Source: Hemiscyllium ocellatum
Taxonomy: Eukaryota
Direction: 5' to 3'
Assembly: GCF_020745735.1 (NCBI RefSeq)
Contig: NC_083415.1
Span: 28,386,964-28,450,963, forward strand
Length of the DNA stretch: 64,000 nt
Part shown: positions 62,886-64,000 of the stretch, piece after piece
Numbering within the stretch: the stretch's first letter is position 1
Layout: every line of letters begins with the position of its first letter
Position numbers and translations under genes: made by a program
The notes under the pieces: generated by a model
Told to the model about the DNA's origin: nothing
Databases searched by the model: none
Seen by the model: the letters and a program-made list of their open reading frames with translations, nothing else

Positions 62886-62997
62886 GTTCGGCCACAGAGA
62901 ATCAAGCTATTTCTCCTTGACATTTAACAGTGCTATAATCACTGAATCATCCAGCAACAACAAGCTGGGAGGTCACAATTGATGCGAAACACCTGGA

Positions 62998-63762
62998 CTA
63001 GCAACAGGACTTATACACTTAATGGTAAGGTCTTAGGGACTGTTGCTGAACAAAGAGACCTTGGAGTGCAGTTTCACAGCTCCTTGAAAGTAGCATCACA
63101 GGTAGATAGGATAGTGAAGAATGCATTTGGTATGCTTTCTTTTATTGGTCAAAGTATTGAGTACAGGAGTTGGGATGTCATGTTGCGGCTGTACAGGATA
63201 TTGGTTAGGCCACTGTTGGAATATTGCGTGCAATTCTGGTCTTCTTCCTATAGGAAAGATGTTGTGAAATTTGAAAGGGTTCAAAAAAGATTTACAAGGA
63301 TGTTGCCAGGGTTGGAGGATTTGAGCTATAGGGAGAGGCTGAATAGGCTGGGGCTGCTTTCCCTGGACTGTTGGAGGCTGAGGGGTGATCTTTATAGAGG
63401 TTTACAAAATTGAGGGGCATGGACAGGATAAATAGACAAAGTCTTTTTGCTGAGGTGGGGGAGTCCAGAACTAGAGAGCATAGGTTAGGGGTAAGAGGGG
63501 AAAGATATAAAAGAGACTTAAAGGGCAACTTATTCATGCAGAGGCTGGGTATGTATATGGAATGAGCTGCCAGAGGAAGTGGTGGAGGCTGGTACAATTG
63601 CAACACTTAAAAGGCATTTGGATGGGTATGTGAATAGGAAGGGTTTGAAGGGGTATGGGCTGAGTGCTGGCAGGTAGGACTAGATTGGGTTGGGATACCT
63701 GGTTGGCATGGACAGATTGGACTGAAGGGTTTGTTTCCAATCTGCAAATCTCTATGACTCTA
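62998..63762 (+). mobile_element. CR1 3' fragment
   Basis: ORF 62979..63413 EQRDLGVQ..LVRPLLEYCVQFWS..RLRGDL; ctctatgactcta tail. Confidence 0.93.
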
Positions 63763-64000
63763 TTTCTACTTTCTCTGGTCTGTTGGAATTACTCTGGATA
63801 TTAATAACACAAGGCAATTCTAACAACAGAATATACCCAATGTACTAAAACAAAATATATAACAATAAGTACAACAAAAATCTTGCTGATACAATGCATA
63901 CAATCACAAGTGAACCTCTTTATTGGCACTTGTCTGAAGATCAATGAAGCAAGCAGTCCTGTCCATCTTAACTTCTTGTCATTGATCAGATCATCTCATC

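Overview
Repeat-dense eukaryotic DNA, most likely intronic or intergenic sequence from a cartilaginous fish (shark-type HE1 SINEs, CR1 LINEs, Penelope-like elements and Gypsy LTR elements). I found no intact protein-coding gene. The long ORFs are decayed retroelement frames or artefacts of tandem repeats. One possible 15-nt microexon lies at 24213-24227. Contents: two near-full-length dead CR1 LINEs (8.9-14.1 kb minus, 18.3-22.8 kb plus), many CR1 3' fragments, a pol-less two-LTR Gypsy element, solo LTRs, SINEs and a 1.3-kb 25-bp minisatellite. The most notable signal is at least 13 Penelope-like element (PLE) termini from about four unrelated sequence families. All share a minimal hammerhead-ribozyme fold (CTGAnGA-x-stemII-GAAA-palindromic stem III) with compensatory base changes between families. 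Six of them are small (180-300 bp) fold-back insertions with no coding sequence, four of which carry ~14-bp target-site duplications (TSDs). Three of the families also have a TATA-like box 40-55 nt upstream of the ribozyme. Boundaries of old repeats are approximate and family names come from motif recognition, not from database searches.
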